NCBI GenBank assembly: GCA_951406725.2
Contig: OX597823.1
Span: forward strand, 5,332,001 to 5,396,000
Direction: 5' to 3'
From: Octopus vulgaris
Taxonomy: Eukaryota
Length of the DNA stretch: 64,000 bases
Under the pieces are notes generated by a model, which worked only from the letters and a program-made list of their open reading frames with translations, searched no databases and had not been told where the DNA came from. Made by a program: the position numbers and the translations under genes. Below are positions 61,901 through 64,000 of this stretch, in pieces (positions within the stretch are counted from its first letter, which is position 1; every line of letters starts with the position of its first letter).

Positions 61901-63366
61901 TCATAGTCATTGTCTCACTCATGATGTTTCATTCAAATAACTGTTATAAGTATGTAAATGCAGATATACAGGTGATAAAAAAATATGGAAAGTTATATAA
62001 ATATTTGTGCAGTCATTCTCACCTTCACACACAGCCAACCTAATATTGTGTATTACCAATGAGGAATTAATGATTGAGGACCTCAACAAAGATGGTCCCA
62101 CTAAAATTGCAAACAGGGTGTTATCAATAGATTCACATCTTCAGCTTTTGATTTCCATCTATTTTAAGTTCGACTTCTACAAATCACATAAATTGTCATT
62201 TAAATATGAATAATGACAGAGTGAACTGGGTGAATTCTATGTAGAAATTAAAGTTTAGACTCTGTTAATTTATTAAACAGATTGTTTGTAACTTCTAGTT
62301 TAATAATCTCTGATATAAATGTCAGCTGGTTGATTTGTCCAGTCACACTTTAAATGCTATAAAGAGAGAGGGAAGAGAGAATTAAAGCAAACGGCACACA
62401 TACTAGGCTTGGTGGCAGGAGAAGGAGTGGGAGTAAATAAGAGAATAGCTGCGAGAAGAGTTACAGAAATGAGAAAATTGTTTTATTTTAAAGTAATGAA
62501 TATTTTTCTTTAGAAAATTATTCAATTCATCATTTTATGTAAGCATCAAGAAATTTGATATAAGTTAAATTATAATTCTTGTATGTATTCCACATTTCTT
62601 TATATTACTGAAGATAGCAGAAATATAGGGCCAAAGTTACCCATCAAATGACAAGTAACAAGTCAGTTGAAATATAATTGATGACAGGACAATCTGGTTG
62701 AAATTTTATGTAAAACTTAAACTTCAGTAGCACTACTATGTAAAAAGCATCTGTGCCAGTACCATGTAAAAAGCATCTGTAAAGTGGTTGTTGTTAGGAA
62801 GGGCAGCCAGTCATAGAAACCATACTTAAACAGATAATTGGAATATGATGCAGCTCTCCGGCTGGCCAGCTTCTATCAAACTCCTATCAAACTGTCCAAC
62901 CAGTGCCAGCATGGAAAACGGACATTAAATGATGATGATGATATTGATGATGAGTTTCTGTTAATTTAAATCATTCATCTCAATGGACAGTAAAAATATA
63001 AAACTAACAGATATGTAAATTAAAAGTTCTAGTTTATTAAATGATAATATAGGTCTTGTTTCTTTTTTTTTGAAATGGATCTAATTCAACATTGATCACA
63101 CTTGTAGAAAAATCAATATCTGCCTGATGATAATTAAAAGGGTTATTAAGTAGTTCCATTTTCTCCTGATATGTAACAGCTATATATATGTAACATATAT
63201 ATAGTTCTGATATATTCTGTTAAGAATGTAGTACAGTATAAAGCTCATCCACCTTCAGATTTTACCTTGTGTTATCTAGTAGTAGTATTGGACACACTTC
63301 CAGGTTTGTATTTGGGCATCTGTCATGTGTGAATAGATACTTTAAAAAATTTGGACTCAGTGAGAG

Positions 63367-63583
63367 GGAGTATGGTTGGACATTTATTTTTTAGTCACTA
63401 CAGTTGTTTCCACACAACATAGTTCTCCAGGCATGCAGGTACTTGATTATGCAACTGCTTCCCTGCATTATGAGATCTCATAATGCAGGGAAGCAGTTGC
63501 ATAATCAAGTACCTGCATGCCTGGAGAACTACACTGCATGGAAACAATTGTAGTGATTAAAAAATAATGTACAACTGTACTCC
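63367..63583. repeat. Palindrome with a perfect 112-bp loopless core (63420-63531) and diverged outer arms
   Basis: Direct base-by-base comparison; centre TGAGA|TCTCA at 63475/63476. Confidence 0.95.
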
Positions 63584-63608
63584 TTGTTGACTCTAAATTT
63601 TTTTCAAT

Positions 63609-63669
<61 letters not shown>

Positions 63670-63671
<2 letters not shown>

Positions 63672-64000
63672 TGAGACCCCCTTCAGTCATGACTGACCCT
63701 GGGATTGCACCTAGAAAGTTACTCTCACAGGCACAAGTCCGGGCAAGGTTGTTTATGAAAGACCAGCAGTCACCCATGCATACCAGCCTCCCCTCTTCAT
63801 GCCACTGATGTTATCCAAGGGAAAGGCAAGGGCCGATACAGCTTGGCACCTGTGATGTCACAACTCATCTCTACAAATGAGTGAACTGGAGCAACGTGAA
63901 ATAAAGTGTCTTGCTCAAGAACACAACACGCAGCCCAGTCTGGGATTCGAACTCACAACCTCACGATCGTAAGCTTGATGCTCTAGCCACTGAGCCATGT
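63670..64000 (-). mobile_element. tRNA-derived SINE (V/CORE-like body), head at the window edge
   Basis: Reverse complement: box A TGGCTCAGTGG, box B GAGTTCGAATCCC, then GTGTTCTTGAGCAAGACACTTT. Confidence 0.8.

Noticed and set aside
62600-62680. Hammerhead candidate starting CTGAAGA
   Set aside because: No GAAA in register, and stems II and III cannot be formed convincingly.

Overview
AT-rich, repeat-dominated animal genomic DNA. The SINE and LINE families and the dense (TA)n/(CA)n/(GAT)n microsatellites resemble an octopus (coleoid cephalopod) genome; this is an inference from recalled repeat families, not a database hit. The only clearly intact coding region is a ~1.3-kb exon encoding about 11 ankyrin repeats (17994-19385, +). 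It lies in a CpG-retaining island with promoter-like motifs. The rest is a nested set of decayed transposons: hAT, Tc1, mariner, maT, DD41D-like, piggyBac-like and other MITEs, Helitron, Gypsy, CR1-group and RTE LINEs, three Penelope-like (PLE) coding fragments and many tRNA-derived SINEs. The most interesting signal is a series of fold-back (inverted-repeat) insertions, several carrying minimal type I hammerhead ribozyme motifs. These include a clear inverted pair at 45079-45126 and 45298-45345 within a 337-bp terminally redundant unit, and a candidate core variant with a swapped G3-C8 pair at 25838-25884. Also visible are a locally templated 38-bp inverted insertion, internal inversions in two hAT fossils, and SINE/LINE tail sharing with compensatory stem-loop changes. 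Boundaries of decayed elements are approximate; nothing was aligned or folded computationally.
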